A DNA stretch of 64,000 nucleotides from an uncultured Chloroflexia bacterium (GTDB taxonomy: Bacteria > Chloroflexota > UBA6077 > JACCZL01). The translations under genes and the position numbers were made by a program. The notes under the pieces are model-generated. The model saw only the letters and a list, made by a program, of their open reading frames with translations. It was not told the origin of the DNA and ran no database searches. Shown here one piece after another: positions 20,474 to 31,598 of the stretch (position 1 is the first letter of the stretch; every line of letters starts with the position of its first letter). The DNA lies in contig CAVXYC010000025.1 of the NCBI GenBank assembly GCA_963765765.1, positions 1 through 64,000 on the forward strand, written 5' to 3'.

Positions 20474-20904
20474 ATGAGCGGCGTCTTACCGTCCAAGCCA
20501 GTCGACGGCCTTTAAAGATCTAATTGTCTGGCAGAAATCGATGGATCTGGTGGAGGCTGTCTAATTGCTTAGCTCACATGCTTCCGAGGGACGAGACCTA
20601 CGGATTGGTCGCGCAGATTCGTCGTACGGCTGTTTGTGTTCCGTCCAACATCGGAAGGCCAACGGCGTCGTGGCTCTCGGGAGTTCCTTCATTTTCTGTC
20701 AGTTCAGTTGGATCCCTCGCCCAGATCGGGACTCAGCTCTTGATCACGGTGCGGCTTCGGTATCTGGCCGAATCGGACGTGAACGAGGCGATCGAGCCCG
20801 TCCACAAATGTCAGCGCATGCTACAGACGACCCGAACAAGACTTATAAGCAAGCAGCAAGCGCGGCCGTCCAAGCGGACTGTTCACTGCCCACTTCGACC
20901 ATAG
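20474..20904 (+). pseudogene. Four-helix-bundle protein (23S rRNA IVP-like family), degraded
   Basis: FKDLIVWQKSMDLVEAV followed by a stop, then LPRDETYGLVAQIRRTAVCVPSNI, EGQRRRGSREFLHFL and GSLAQIGTQL across several frames. Confidence 0.75.
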
Positions 20905-23180
20905 ACCCGACGGTACATCCCGTAGTTCTCATACACGACCTGCAAGTACATGCTTGTTTCGTTGTAGGGGATTCGGGCGGCGAAGAGATCCATGTCGGTG
21001 CGGCCGTATTCATTCAGCCATTTGTCAACGGCTCCTCCGCCGGCGTTGTAGGCAGCAAGCGCAGGGAGAATCAGGCCGCCATAGCGGTTGAGCTGCTGGG
21101 TAAGATAGTAGGCGCCGAATTCCAGGTTCACTGAGGGTTTGAGCAGATCTCTCTCGGTGAAATCGGCATACCCCAGTCTACTGGCAATTCCCTGGCCCGT
21201 TCCTGGAATGATTTGACTGAGTCCCAGTGCATTTGCTGATGAACGAGCCGACGGGTCAAACCGGCTCTCCTGCCGTACGAGCGCGGCTAGGAGAAGGGCG
21301 TCAGCGCTATGTCGCCTTGAGCCTGATGTAAGTGAGTCTTCAAAAGCCAGAGGCATGAGCAACCGTTGGAACGTGGTTGGTAGATCGGTTCGAATGAGGC
21401 CATGCTCCTTAGCCGCTGACTCAGCCGTGCGAAGCGCTCGCGAGGTGTATCCCAATGCCGACTCAGTTTTGGCGACGAGAAGCTTGTGCGCCAGTGGCTG
21501 AGCATGGTGGCTCGCCTGCTCGATCAGTCCATCAAGCTCCCAGGCCGCCTGATCACGGAGACCCAGGCGCATCAGCTCGCTTGCCCGTCGATACATTGGA
21601 TCGCCTGTGAGCGTGTCCTCTAGCTCAGCTTGACTCGTCCCCTGCGCGTTGAGCCAATCTTCAAGCTGAGGGTCCACTTCAGCCGCGCGTATCGCAGGCG
21701 CCGAAAGGGCATGAAACGTGTGCTGCGCCTGGAGGTCTCCTTGTCGGATTGCCTGAGCTCGCATTCCGCCAAACGTGTCCGGCCCGACCTCTGCCGCGCG
21801 TATCAACCGAGCGTCGCCCTCGGCAGTGTTGCCTTGTTCATGAAAAGTTTTCCCCTGCCATTGGAGCGCGAGCGCCTGGAACTGACGCTCGGTGGTGTCT
21901 TGCGCCAGAGGCTCCCATGCTGAGATTGCACCGGAGTAGTCACCCTTCAAATACTGGAGCAGGCCCAGACGAAAGCGTCCCGTTCGCCCCTGCGTAGTCT
22001 CTGGATAGGCGGATGCGAGGCGCCCGTAAATCTGACGAGCCTCATCCATTCCACCGTTGCTCTCAAGAATGCGACCGGCTCTGAGGAGCGCCACGGGCGC
22101 GATCGGGTGACTCGGCTGCCGCTCAGCCGCTGCGCGCATCTCCCGAGCTGCTTCAGTCTCTCGACCCTGGCGCAGAACTAAGGTTGCGCGATTGTATCGA
22201 GCCGCGGTTGACTCGGGGCCGTCTGCTGATTCGGTAAGCGCCGCGTCAAATCCCGTTCGGGCCGCGTCATCCTGGCCAGCGTTGAGACGGACCATCGCTG
22301 CCTGCGTCCACGTGACGGCTGAAGACTCCTGAAGTGCGTTGAGTCGTTCCAGCGCCGCGAGTGCGCGCGGATGATCGGCGTATTCGCGTACCAACGTGGC
22401 CAGCATTGTTACCGCCAGGTCGCGCTTTCCGGCATCGCGTGCCACTTCCGAGGCGGTGGAGAGCAACGTCCCTCGATAGCTCCTGGTAGTCCCCAGGGTG
22501 TAGAGCTCATCATGAATTTGGAGGAATCGATCGCTGTCCCCGCGCTTCAACTCGGCCGCTGCGAGCTTCTCGAGGGCCTCGATTCGCAAACGGCGATGTG
22601 GCTCCGTATCGAGCAGCGCTTGAGCCTCTTGAGCCATCGCAGCAGCATCATCGGTACTTTCGGCGCATTGAATCAGCCCCATGCGCGCATACGGCTCAAG
22701 GAGCGCTTTGCTGGAGACGAGCCCGCGGTACAGTCGGCTGGCGTCGGAACAGTCCTTCTGAGCTCGAGCAATCTCCGCCGTCAGGAACGAGGCCCTATCG
22801 TTCAGGGCTGGTGTAGGACTGCTACTGAATGGCTCAATGATCGCGGCTGCCTCGGCGTGTCGACCGCGCGCAAATTCGAGGCCGGCCAATCGCGTGCGCG
22901 CCTCTTCGGTCACAACCGGATCTGTATGTTGAAGAAGCGACTTGTACGTGCCTAACGCGGCGTCGATATCGCCGTCGCGACGCGCTCGCTCGCCTTCGGC
23001 CAGGGGATCGCTCTTCGCATTCGGGCTCGCCGCCAGCGCATTCGAACTCGGGCTCGCCGCCAGCGCAATGGAATCGGGCTCGAGCGCACGCGGTGGTGTC
23101 GGATTCGGAACCATCGCCAGCCCGGCAATGAGCACCAGAATCAGCGGCGCGAGCATGAGGGTGCGTGTGACTGGCGACAT
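20883..23180 (-). CDS. Soluble lytic transglycosylase with TPR repeats (Slt70-like)
   Basis: N-terminal signal/anchor, TPR-like helices, SLT motifs RQESRF, GLSQI, AAYNAG, ETSMY. Confidence 0.92.
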   Translation of the reverse strand: MSPVTRTLMLAPLILVLIAGLAMVPNPTPPRALEPDSIALAASPSSNALAASPNAKSDPLAEGERARRDGDIDAALGTYKSLLQHTDPVVTEEARTRLAGLEFARGRHAEAAAIIEPFSSSPTPALNDRASFLTAEIARAQKDCSDASRLYRGLVSSKALLEPYARMGLIQCAESTDDAAAMAQEAQALLDTEPHRRLRIEALEKLAAAELKRGDSDRFLQIHDELYTLGTTRSYRGTLLSTASEVARDAGKRDLAVTMLATLVREYADHPRALAALERLNALQESSAVTWTQAAMVRLNAGQDDAARTGFDAALTESADGPESTAARYNRATLVLRQGRETEAAREMRAAAERQPSHPIAPVALLRAGRILESNGGMDEARQIYGRLASAYPETTQGRTGRFRLGLLQYLKGDYSGAISAWEPLAQDTTERQFQALALQWQGKTFHEQGNTAEGDARLIRAAEVGPDTFGGMRAQAIRQGDLQAQHTFHALSAPAIRAAEVDPQLEDWLNAQGTSQAELEDTLTGDPMYRRASELMRLGLRDQAAWELDGLIEQASHHAQPLAHKLLVAKTESALGYTSRALRTAESAAKEHGLIRTDLPTTFQRLLMPLAFEDSLTSGSRRHSADALLLAALVRQESRFDPSARSSANALGLSQIIPGTGQGIASRLGYADFTERDLLKPSVNLEFGAYYLTQQLNRYGGLILPALAAYNAGGGAVDKWLNEYGRTDMDLFAARIPYNETSMYLQVVYENYGMYRRVYGRSGQ

Positions 23181-23325
23181 GGTGACGACTCCGCGTCTGA
23201 GAACGAGGCTACCATAGTCGGAACGGTCCCACCACGGGGCGGTTGCCGCCTGGGGTCACGACTGAATCACGATTTGCGGCCGAAATACTTGTCGCTTCGT
23301 CCGGGTGACTGATAAGCTCTCGGCA

Positions 23326-23428
23326 CCCGAGGGGGAGTATCTCCCCGAGGTGTCGTCGTCAACACGGACAGCTCTTGAGCTGACTCGGCGGCACCGGTCC
23401 GCCGCAACGGACTGAGAGAGACCTTCGG
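23326..23428 (+). ncRNA. yybP-ykoY manganese riboswitch
   Basis: CCGAGGGGGAGTA...CGTCAACA...GAGACCTTCGG conserved segments with P1 pairing, directly upstream of a TerC/Alx gene. Confidence 0.88.
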
Positions 23429-23456
23429 CTGACGTATTTCAGCCGGAGGAGAAGTA

Positions 23457-24407
23457 GTGTCAGTAGACACTCTCGCGTGGATCGTTTTCGCGGTTCTGAT
23501 CGCGTCATTCCTGGCGCTTGATCTGTTCGTCTTTCACAAGGAAGCACATGAGGTCAAACCGCGTGAGGCGCTGACCTGGGTGTGCATCTGGGTGGCGGTA
23601 GCGCTGGCCTTCTGCGGGATCCTGTACTTCTGGCGCGGGCCTGATAGTGCGGCCGAATTCCTTGCCGGATACCTCGTCGAACAAAGCCTGTCCGTTGACA
23701 ATATGTTCGTCTTCGCGCTGATCTTCACGTACTTTGCCATTCCAGGAAGCCTTCAACATCGTCTCCTGTTCTGGGGAATCGTGGGGGCAGTCATCTTTCG
23801 CGCGATGTTCATTGGCGCGGGCGCCGTGCTGCTCAAGAATTTCCACTGGACGATCTACATCTTCGGCGGCTTCTTGGTCTACACAGGTCTCAAGCTCTTG
23901 AAGCACAGTGACGACCAGGTAGAGCCGGAGAAGAATCCTGTGCTCCGCCTGATGCGCCGCTTCGTCCCACTGACCGAAAACCTTCACGGTCAGAGCTTCT
24001 TCGTCCGCCAGAACGGCCGACTCATGGCTACTCCGCTGCTGGCCGTGCTGGTAGTCATCGAGACCACGGACATCATCTTCGCGGTCGATTCGATTCCCGC
24101 GGTGTTCGCTGTGACCACCGACCCATTCATCGTCTTTACGTCAAACGCGTTCGCGATCCTGGGCCTGAGAGCGCTGTACTTCCTTCTAGCCGACATGATG
24201 GGGCGGTTCATCTACCTGAAGTATGGATTGGCAGCGATCCTCACGATGGTCGGCGTCAAGATGCTGCTGACTGACATCTACAAGGTGCCCGTGTGGCTAT
24301 CCCTCGGCGCCATCGTGGTTATCCTTGCTGTAACGGTGCTGATCTCGCTCCGGGCTACGAGCAATTCGCAGGATGAGCCAACGGCTCGTTCAGGGTCGGG
24401 CCATTGA
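23457..24407 (+). CDS. TerC/Alx family membrane protein (Mn homeostasis)
   Basis: EQSLSVDNMFVF, DIIFAVDSIPA, SNAFAILGLRALYF. Confidence 0.95.
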   Translation: MSVDTLAWIVFAVLIASFLALDLFVFHKEAHEVKPREALTWVCIWVAVALAFCGILYFWRGPDSAAEFLAGYLVEQSLSVDNMFVFALIFTYFAIPGSLQHRLLFWGIVGAVIFRAMFIGAGAVLLKNFHWTIYIFGGFLVYTGLKLLKHSDDQVEPEKNPVLRLMRRFVPLTENLHGQSFFVRQNGRLMATPLLAVLVVIETTDIIFAVDSIPAVFAVTTDPFIVFTSNAFAILGLRALYFLLADMMGRFIYLKYGLAAILTMVGVKMLLTDIYKVPVWLSLGAIVVILAVTVLISLRATSNSQDEPTARSGSGH

Positions 24408-24637
24408 CGCCCGACCCCTGAACGGATCGACATCGCTCGGGATCGATGAGCGGCGGATCGGTTGCCCTCCACTACCAGGATTCTGCCCGCCGCGGGCGTC
24501 CTCCTCAACTTGAACTTGGATGGACGCTCTGGTGTTAGTTTAGTGAGCTTCACGGCCCTGGCGGTCAACCGCGGCAACGTGCATTTGAACTCCGAACGGA
24601 CCTTCTAGGTTCTCCTATAAGAAAGGAATCACTGACT

Positions 24638-25426
24638 ATGCGCATCCTGGTTCCCCTCGACGGGTCAGATCGAGCGCACGCAGCCACTCTTGCCGCCCGC
24701 ACAGTCATCTCTGGAGTCCCGGGGCAGATCATCTTCTTCCACGCATCCTGGCCAGGTATTCCGGTGGATCAAGCGGATAGACCGATTGAAAGCGAGCTAG
24801 AGGCCCTCCGAGAACTCGGGCTTGATGTCTCACTTGAGCGGCGTTCAACGCCCCGGGACGAAGAAACTGGTCGGGTGATCGCGGACGCCGCGAATGAGCT
24901 CCAGGCGGATTTGATCGTAATGACGACGCACGGTCGTGGTGGTCTTGGTCGATTCCTTTTCGGCAGCGTCACCGAGCAGGTCATTCAATGTGCTGAAGTA
25001 CCGGTGATGATTACGCCATCGGGCCTCGCAGCAGATTGGCCCGGTGGTCATGACGCCTCTGTACTCGTAGCACTTGACGGTTCAGACTCGGCCGAACGGG
25101 TCCTGGCACCTGTGTCGGACCTGGCTCGCGCACTAAGCGCCGAGATCGTTCTCAGCCGAGTGTTGACCGGCGAGAATGAACCATCCGCGGATCAGGCCGA
25201 ACAGTACCTCACGTCAGTCAGCTCCTCCCTGAAGGGCGCCGGCGTAACGGCGCGCCACGTGGTGCGCTCCGGTGACCCCGCACGTACAATCGCGGCGCTC
25301 GCCCAAGAGCTCAACGTCGTGGCAATCGCCATAGGCTCGTACCGCGAGAATTCCAGACGCGTCGCGCTAGGCAGCGTCTCCATGGGCATTATTCGACGAT
25401 CGGATGTCCCGATTCTCATAGGGTAA
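24638..25426 (+). CDS. Universal stress protein (tandem Usp domains)
   Basis: ILVPLDGS, ADLIVMTTHGRGGLGRFLFGSVTEQV, and a second VLVALDGS...LGSVS. Confidence 0.93.
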   Translation: MRILVPLDGSDRAHAATLAARTVISGVPGQIIFFHASWPGIPVDQADRPIESELEALRELGLDVSLERRSTPRDEETGRVIADAANELQADLIVMTTHGRGGLGRFLFGSVTEQVIQCAEVPVMITPSGLAADWPGGHDASVLVALDGSDSAERVLAPVSDLARALSAEIVLSRVLTGENEPSADQAEQYLTSVSSSLKGAGVTARHVVRSGDPARTIAALAQELNVVAIAIGSYRENSRRVALGSVSMGIIRRSDVPILIG

Positions 25427-25974
25427 GAGACGCCGTAGAAAGCACCGCGCAGTGCAACGTGTAAGAGCGTGGCACGCCCGGGCAATTTTCGCGTCAGGCC
25501 GACTCGTCTAAGGAAGTAGTGGGCGGCATTGATCACGATGACCGTTCCGACTGTCATGACCAGATCCCTTCGCCATTGGGCAGCACCATAACGGCTTCCG
25601 CGTGATCGTCATGGTGCTGCACCACTCATCCCAGACCACCGAACAACGCCCCCTGTGGCAGGATCAGTAGCAGCATCTCCACGAAAGACCGCGCTGCCCA
25701 CGTAGACGAGCGACAGACCTTGTCGATCATAGCGGCTGCAACCCAGCCTGCGATCATCCTTGATGGCCATACTCCAGCCCGGTCCAAAGAGAAGCTGGAC
25801 CAGGTCGTCCTTGGACGCCGCGGCCAAGTGCACTGCCGGAGAATGAAACGCAGTGCGTGCAGGAGTTTCTCCCGGCGGAGAATGTCGTCTACTGAGCTCC
25901 TGATACACTTGCGGCTCCAGAGAAGCGACCTTCGGAACATCTCCCTGGTCCAACATGAGTAAGCGAGGCCCGCA

Positions 25975-27679
25975 GTGCACGGTCAGGAACTGTTAATCGA
26001 TATTGGCCTGGCCATTGTGGCCGCCACAGCGCTCGCTTACGTTGCGCGCTTTCTGGGCCAGCCACTGCTACTCGGGTACATCGGCGCAGGATTGATTATC
26101 GGCCCACCCGGACTCGGGCTCATCCACGATGAAGAGTTGATTGCCGAGCTCGCTGAGCTAGGTTTAGCGTTCTTGATGTTCATCGTCGGTCTCGAGATCG
26201 ACTTGAAAAAGCTCATCAGCTCGGGCCGTGTCGGGGCATTCGTCGGCACCATCCAGGTCACGGTGTGCGCACTGATCGCCTTCGGCGCCGTTCTGCTCAT
26301 GGGCTTCACTGGCTTGCCAGCCCTGTATCTCGGAGTTGCATCCGCGTTCTCCAGCACGATGATCGTCGTAAAGCTGCTTTCGGACAAGAGCGAGCTCGAT
26401 ACCGTGGATGGACGATTAACGCTCGGCATCCTACTCATGCAGGACATCCTGGCCATTGTGGTTCTTGCGGTTCAGCCTAACCTTCAGGACCCGTCCTTAC
26501 TTCCTATTGTCCTCTCGCTCTTGAAGGGGGCAGCGTTACTCGGCGGTGCTCTTCTTGTCGCGCGATACATACTTCCGCGGCTTTTTCAATTCGCCGCCAA
26601 AAAGTCCCGAGATTGTCCTGATCTCGGCAGTTTCGTGGTGTCTGCTCATCGGCTACTTCGCGGTCCTGGCGAATTTCTCCATTGCCATGGGAGCGCTAAT
26701 AGCGGGCGTAACACTTTCGGCGTTTCCGTATAGCCTGGACGTCGTCGCCAAGATTCGCGGCCTCCGCGACTTTTTCGTCACGCTCTTTTTCGTCGCGCTT
26801 GGCATGCAGCTCCAGATTGGGTCGATCGGAATCGTCATCGCCGCGCTGGTACTGTCGGCGGTGGTCATTGTTAGCCGATTCGTCACCGTACTCCCAACGC
26901 TCTACGCACTCAGATATGGCTCGCGCGTTGGTACGCTGTGTTCCATTTCCACTGCCCAGACCGGCGAATTTGCTCTGGTCATCGCGGCGCTCGGCGTGTC
27001 ACTCGGTCAAATAGACAGCTCCATCACGTCGGTGCTGGCGCTCACATTAGTGATCACGTCGACGTTATCGACTTACATGATCATGGCCAATCACGCACTA
27101 GCCCGCAGGACCGTTGCCTTGCTCAAGCGTGTCGGCATCGACGAACGGCTGGAGTCAACGACCGGACTTGACTCTCATGAAGGAGGTCGAGACGTAGTCT
27201 TGCTTGGGTTTCACCGTACGGCTAGCTCGTTTATCCATGAATGTCAGGGTACGGCGCACGGACGCGATCTACTCGTGGTGGATTTCAGCCCTGAAGTACA
27301 TCGTGAGCTCACGAGGCTCGATATCCCCATCGTCTATGGCGATATCAGTCATCTTGATACGCTCGAGCATGCAGGACTTGAAGAGGCAGGCATCGTGCTC
27401 TCCACGGTGTCCGAGGACTTTCTGCGGGGCACGGACAACGTCACCATGCTCAGGCAGGTTCGAAGACTCAACCCGAGAGCCCGAGTGATTCTGACCGCTG
27501 AGACGCTGGAGCGTGCTCGACAGATGTACGCCGAGGGGGCTGACTACGTGATCTTGCCGCGTATCGAGACTGCGCGGGTGATCGTAGATGTGCTCGACGC
27601 GATCGAACGCGGTGAGCTTGACGATCTCCGAGCCCGCGCCCTCGCCAACCTTGCCGATCGACGAGAGGTCCTGGTTTGA
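25975..27679 (+). CDS. CPA2/KefB-like cation:proton antiporter with C-terminal TrkA-N (frameshift near 26600)
   Basis: FIVGLE, FSSTMIVVK, LLMQDI, LRDFFVTLFF, QTGEF, and C-terminal VYGDISH...GADYVILP. Confidence 0.9.
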
Positions 27680-27895
27680 TCTGGCCAGGTACTTGCACGA
27701 GCGCGCGAATGACACGCCTGTTCAGGATGTCATGACACGGTGCACGAGCTTGGAGCGGGTCTCATCGCGATGATGACCCACGGCCTCGGTGGAATCCGGC
27801 GGCGGGCACTTTCGAGCGTTGCGGAAGACGTCGTTCGGCGCGCAGCGGCCTCGGAGCAGCCAGGCCGAGCCCGCTAATACTCGGCGGACGATCGT

Positions 27896-28582
27896 ATGTC
27901 GATGATACCGGACCCCAAGATCCGCGGATGGGCGCTCCCATTGCTTATTGCACTTGCTGGTTTGGTCTGTCTCCTCGCGTTCAGCGTGCTTGCTGGGATG
28001 GATTGGACCGGCACAGCGCCCACCTGGGATTCTGATATCTCCGCGTTAATTCAAAGCTGGAGTGCCCCCGGCATCCGGCCCTTCATGCTGGCGGTAAGCT
28101 GGCTAGGGTGGTCACCGCAAAGCTGGGTTCTCGTGTTGGGGATCTGCGGCCTGCTCTACCTGCGCGGTCTCACGGTGGCAGCGCCTCTTGCGCTTGTTGC
28201 GGGGGTATCGCACTTCATCGTTCGTGGCATCAAGCAGTCCATCAACCGGCTTCGGCCGGACCTTGGCATCCTGCCCGATGGGCCCCTGGACCCCAGTTTC
28301 CCCAGCGGACACGCTACGCTATACACGATTTTTCTCGGCTTGCTCGCCTACCTTGCCTGGAGGCGACTCCGTCCCGGATGGTCCCGGAGATTGAGCCTTG
28401 CCATTTGCCTCGGCTTGATGGTTCTGGTGGGGCCCTCACGCGTATATCTCGGACAGCACTGGCCGTCCGATGTACTCGCTGGTTACCTACTAGGAAGCGG
28501 GCTTCTCTTGATGATTATTGCCGTCATCGAATGGCGGAACAATCGACTGACCCGAGCGAGAACTCGCACTGCCGCGCACTGA
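27896..28582 (+). CDS. PAP2 family phosphatase
   Basis: KQSINRLRP, PSFPSGH, SRVYLGQHWPSDV. Confidence 0.93.
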   Translation: MSMIPDPKIRGWALPLLIALAGLVCLLAFSVLAGMDWTGTAPTWDSDISALIQSWSAPGIRPFMLAVSWLGWSPQSWVLVLGICGLLYLRGLTVAAPLALVAGVSHFIVRGIKQSINRLRPDLGILPDGPLDPSFPSGHATLYTIFLGLLAYLAWRRLRPGWSRRLSLAICLGLMVLVGPSRVYLGQHWPSDVLAGYLLGSGLLLMIIAVIEWRNNRLTRARTRTAAH

Positions 28583-28595
28583 TCGGATTACCAGA

Positions 28596-29009
28596 CTAAC
28601 CGCTGGGCAGCGCGCGGATACACTCGCGGAGCCAGGGCTCCAGCATGCCAATAAAGACCTCGCCGCGGCCGATGCTCAGCGCTACTCCGGCCACTTCTTC
28701 GTCGGATGCAATCATCATGGCGCCGTTTCGAAGCAGGAAAGCCATGGTCAGCGCCATGCCGGTCTGAGCACTTCCGGGACCAAACGGCTTGTCACGAATC
28801 AGTCCGTACATCAAGAACGCGGTGAGGGAGACCATGTCGCCCCGTTGCGTCTGGGCCATCTGGATTGCTCGATCGAGGGTCGACTTCACGCGCGCTTCGT
28901 TTGGCGCCTCCGTCACCTCTTTGCCCAGTCGCTGCATGAGCTCATAGTGGAACCGGATGGCCTGATCGACATCGGGATATGAGAACCCACCGCCGCCCTG
29001 ATCACTCAT
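28596..29009 (-). CDS. Doc/Fic-fold toxin-like protein with a degenerate active site
   Basis: ATG at 29009 overlaps the antitoxin stop. Doc-like layout (AIRFH, KSTLDR, AFLLRNG), but the Fic motif reads DKPFGPGSAQT. Confidence 0.7.
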   Translation of the reverse strand: MSDQGGGGFSYPDVDQAIRFHYELMQRLGKEVTEAPNEARVKSTLDRAIQMAQTQRGDMVSLTAFLMYGLIRDKPFGPGSAQTGMALTMAFLLRNGAMMIASDEEVAGVALSIGRGEVFIGMLEPWLRECIRALPSG

Positions 29010-29232
29010 TGATCGCCTCCAGAGCTGGCTTGTAGCGCTCCAACACAGCTTCCAGCGCGCGCTCCCACTCCACTGAGAACCAGGCCTCCACACCCACGGG
29101 GCGGAAGAAGATCCCCTCTTCCACGGGATTGAGCTCCACCTTGACACCCGTATCCAGGTGATAACGCTGTGCCACATCAGCCGGAATAAGCACACTCAGC
29201 CCTTCAGGCGTTTGAACGATTTCGGATTCCAC
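29002..29232 (-). CDS. AbrB/MazE-like antitoxin
   Basis: GLSVLIPADVAQRYHLDTGVKVELNPVEEGIFFRP swapped-hairpin pattern, with a C-terminal LERYKPALEAI typical of Doc-associated antitoxins. Confidence 0.78.
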   Translation of the reverse strand: MESEIVQTPEGLSVLIPADVAQRYHLDTGVKVELNPVEEGIFFRPVGVEAWFSVEWERALEAVLERYKPALEAINE

Positions 29233-29303
29233 GGCGAGAGTTCCCCCTGCGCTCAAGTGTAATCGAGGCGTCGGCAATAGGGCGGCTGCTCTCAGCCTCT
29301 CAC

Positions 29304-30165
29304 ATGGAAGTAGCGTGGTGGGAGCGCATTCATCTCCTTCGCGGGATGCCTGGGTGGACCTTGGGAGTGGCGCTGCCAATTACCTGTAGCTTCTGGCCGA
29401 TGCACCGGAGGAGTGCGGCACACCCTAGAGCATGGTGGCAAATGGGGAGCGTCCCCGCTGATGGATCCCTAGGAGGGCGCGGCCTACTTCCATTTCGGTT
29501 TGCCACCTCGTTTGCGTCCGAACGGTCTGCGCACCGCCTCCGTTGACTTGGAGTATCTGGATGTAGGTTCGGGCTCATTCCGATTGCAGTACGAAAGCTC
29601 GCCCGACGTTGAGACGGACGAGGTCTACACGGAGTCTGAAGTCCATCGATCTCGACAACACTGGAGAGTGGCGGCAGGCACGTTTTTTCCTTCCTGAGTC
29701 GATTTCCATCAACGTCAATAAGGGGGCTATGGCGACTTCAGATTCAGGCAATCCAGCAGAAGGTGATCTGCCTCATGTGTTTGGCCGGGTGATCCTGAGT
29801 AGCGACCGCTCTCCGCATCCGGTGCCATTTGCGCCTGAGACGCTGAGCGTGGCGGATGGCGCGCCGAGGACTCCCGTAGCACTGCAATGGAGCAGCGTTG
29901 AACGTGCTCACACATATCGCTTGGAGATCGTGCCGGTCACGGGGAGCGGACGCACTGAATCATTCATGAATCAAGGTCGGCTTTGTGGGTTCAATCCATG
30001 AACCGGCCGACTTCCACACCCCGTTGGGATGGTCGAGCGCGTTGTGCCGTTCGCGATGTATCCATGCTACCTGTAGGCCTATACGAGTGGCGTGTCGAAG
30101 CACTCGATTCGGAGGGCGCACTCATCGGCACGCCGAGCGAATGGTCCTACCTGATCCGGCGATAA
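29304..30165 (+). CDS. Putative exported beta-sandwich protein (multiply frameshifted)
   Basis: Pieces read LEYLDVGSGSFRLQYES, DNTGEWRQARFFLP, LQWSSVERAHTYRLEI, GLYEWRVEALD, a CBM-like plus FN3-like pattern. Confidence 0.45.
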
Positions 30166-30298
30166 TCCTTAGGTCTTCGTGACTGGCTGGGACCGCGGAC
30201 GTCCAATCAGCCGTCCCAGGCTAGGTCGTGTCAGCGCTTCGAGTCTAACAAGCGAATTCATCGGCCTGAGCGCAACAAAGGCATAATGGGACACGCCT

Positions 30299-31067
30299 AT
30301 GCCGGACATCACAACACCTGTCAACGTGGAAACGCGGCGACGGGAACGCCGATTGGCCTTTTCACTGCCCCTCTCGCTGCTCGCGTTCGTGTTGTTCTAC
30401 AAACTTGCGCAGCGCGACTGGACATCTCCGCCGATGCCCTGGGATCAGCGTGTGACCCGTTGGATTCAGGGTATCCGCCCGCCAGGCATGCGGCGCTTCA
30501 TGCTGGCTGTGAGCTGGCCGGGGTGGCCGCCACGAAACTGGGCTTTGACGATTATCGGAGCCCTGGCGCTCTTCCGCGGAGGCTTCCGCGTGGCGCCGTG
30601 GATCGTTCTGGCGGCACTTCCGGTGGAAGGCGCGGTAACTGGCATGAAGTACTGGATCAATCGCGAGCGGCCCATACGTCCTTTCCCAGCGCCTCAGCTT
30701 CTGGCCCAGTGATCCAAGCTTTCCCAGCGGACACACCGTGCAGTACACATTGCTGTTTGGATTTATTGCGCATCTAGCGCGTCTCTATGTTCATCAGCAA
30801 ATGGTCCGCAGGCTGCTACTGACGATGTCGGGACTGTTTGTTCTGCTCATTGGCCCCTCGCGTATCTACCTCGGGCACCATTGGCCCACGGACGTTCTCG
30901 CGGGATACAGCCTTGGCCTGGGTCTGCTCTTCTCATTTGTTCAGCTCTATGAGCTTGTCAGACTTAAGACGCGCCATCGGCCATCAATGCAGACCGCGAC
31001 TGACGCCGTTCCAACCATGCAGGCAGGAAAGCCAAGATTCCACTGGCTGAGCCTGCGGTCTGTGTGA
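30299..31067 (+). CDS. PAP2 family phosphatase (frameshift near 30700)
   Basis: KYWINRERP, DPSFPSGH in the shifted frame, SRIYLGHHWPTDV. Confidence 0.88.
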
Positions 31068-31305
31068 TGGATGGACGGGCTCTGGGGGCTGGTCCGGCGC
31101 ATTTCTGCGCGGTTCAGCAGGCAGAGGTTCAGGCGGCCTTAGGCCTGCTCTCTGAAGGAGCGCATCATTGCTTGAGAGTATGGCGCTCTGGTTTGCAATC
31201 CTGGCGAGGATGTAGCAGTGGCTATCGCTTCATTTCGGGGAATGCAAAACACCGAGCTCGCGTTGGTGGAATGGCGGAAAGGCGTCCCCTAAGCGCTCTT
31301 GATTT

Positions 31306-31509
31306 TTAGTCGCTTCTTACCCAATCACCATCATGGTTCTTGTGGTATTTACGCTCCACGGCTCCCCAGGCCACGCGGTGAGCGCGTTCTTCGTCGTGCC
31401 CGTATTCATCCCAGGCACTGTTGAACGCTGCCTGGTAGATTTCCTGGGCGTGCTTCGGCAGATTATTCTGAACTCCGCTCGGCAGATCGGTCAGAGTGTC
31501 GTACGGCAT
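31306..31509 (-). CDS. chaB: ChaB family protein
   Basis: MPYDTLTDLPSGVQNNLPKHAQEIYQAAFNSAW...AHRVAWGAVERKY. Confidence 0.93.
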   Translation of the reverse strand: MPYDTLTDLPSGVQNNLPKHAQEIYQAAFNSAWDEYGHDEERAHRVAWGAVERKYHKNHDGDWVRSD

Positions 31510-31598
31510 GCTTTTAACCTCGCTTCACATGCTTTACAGCACTAAAAGCAAGACGCATGCCCGGTCGGAGCGAGGGATGACCGCCGCGCGGCTTGCGG

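Noticed and set aside
25430-25970. Minus-strand ORFs with several in-frame TGA codons (possible recoding or selenoprotein)
   Set aside because: No recognisable protein family, no Cys/Sec motif context and no evident SECIS. Treated as intergenic or decayed sequence.
27690-27780. CBS-domain-like fragment (TPVQDVMTR)
   Set aside because: Too short and closed by stops to support a call.
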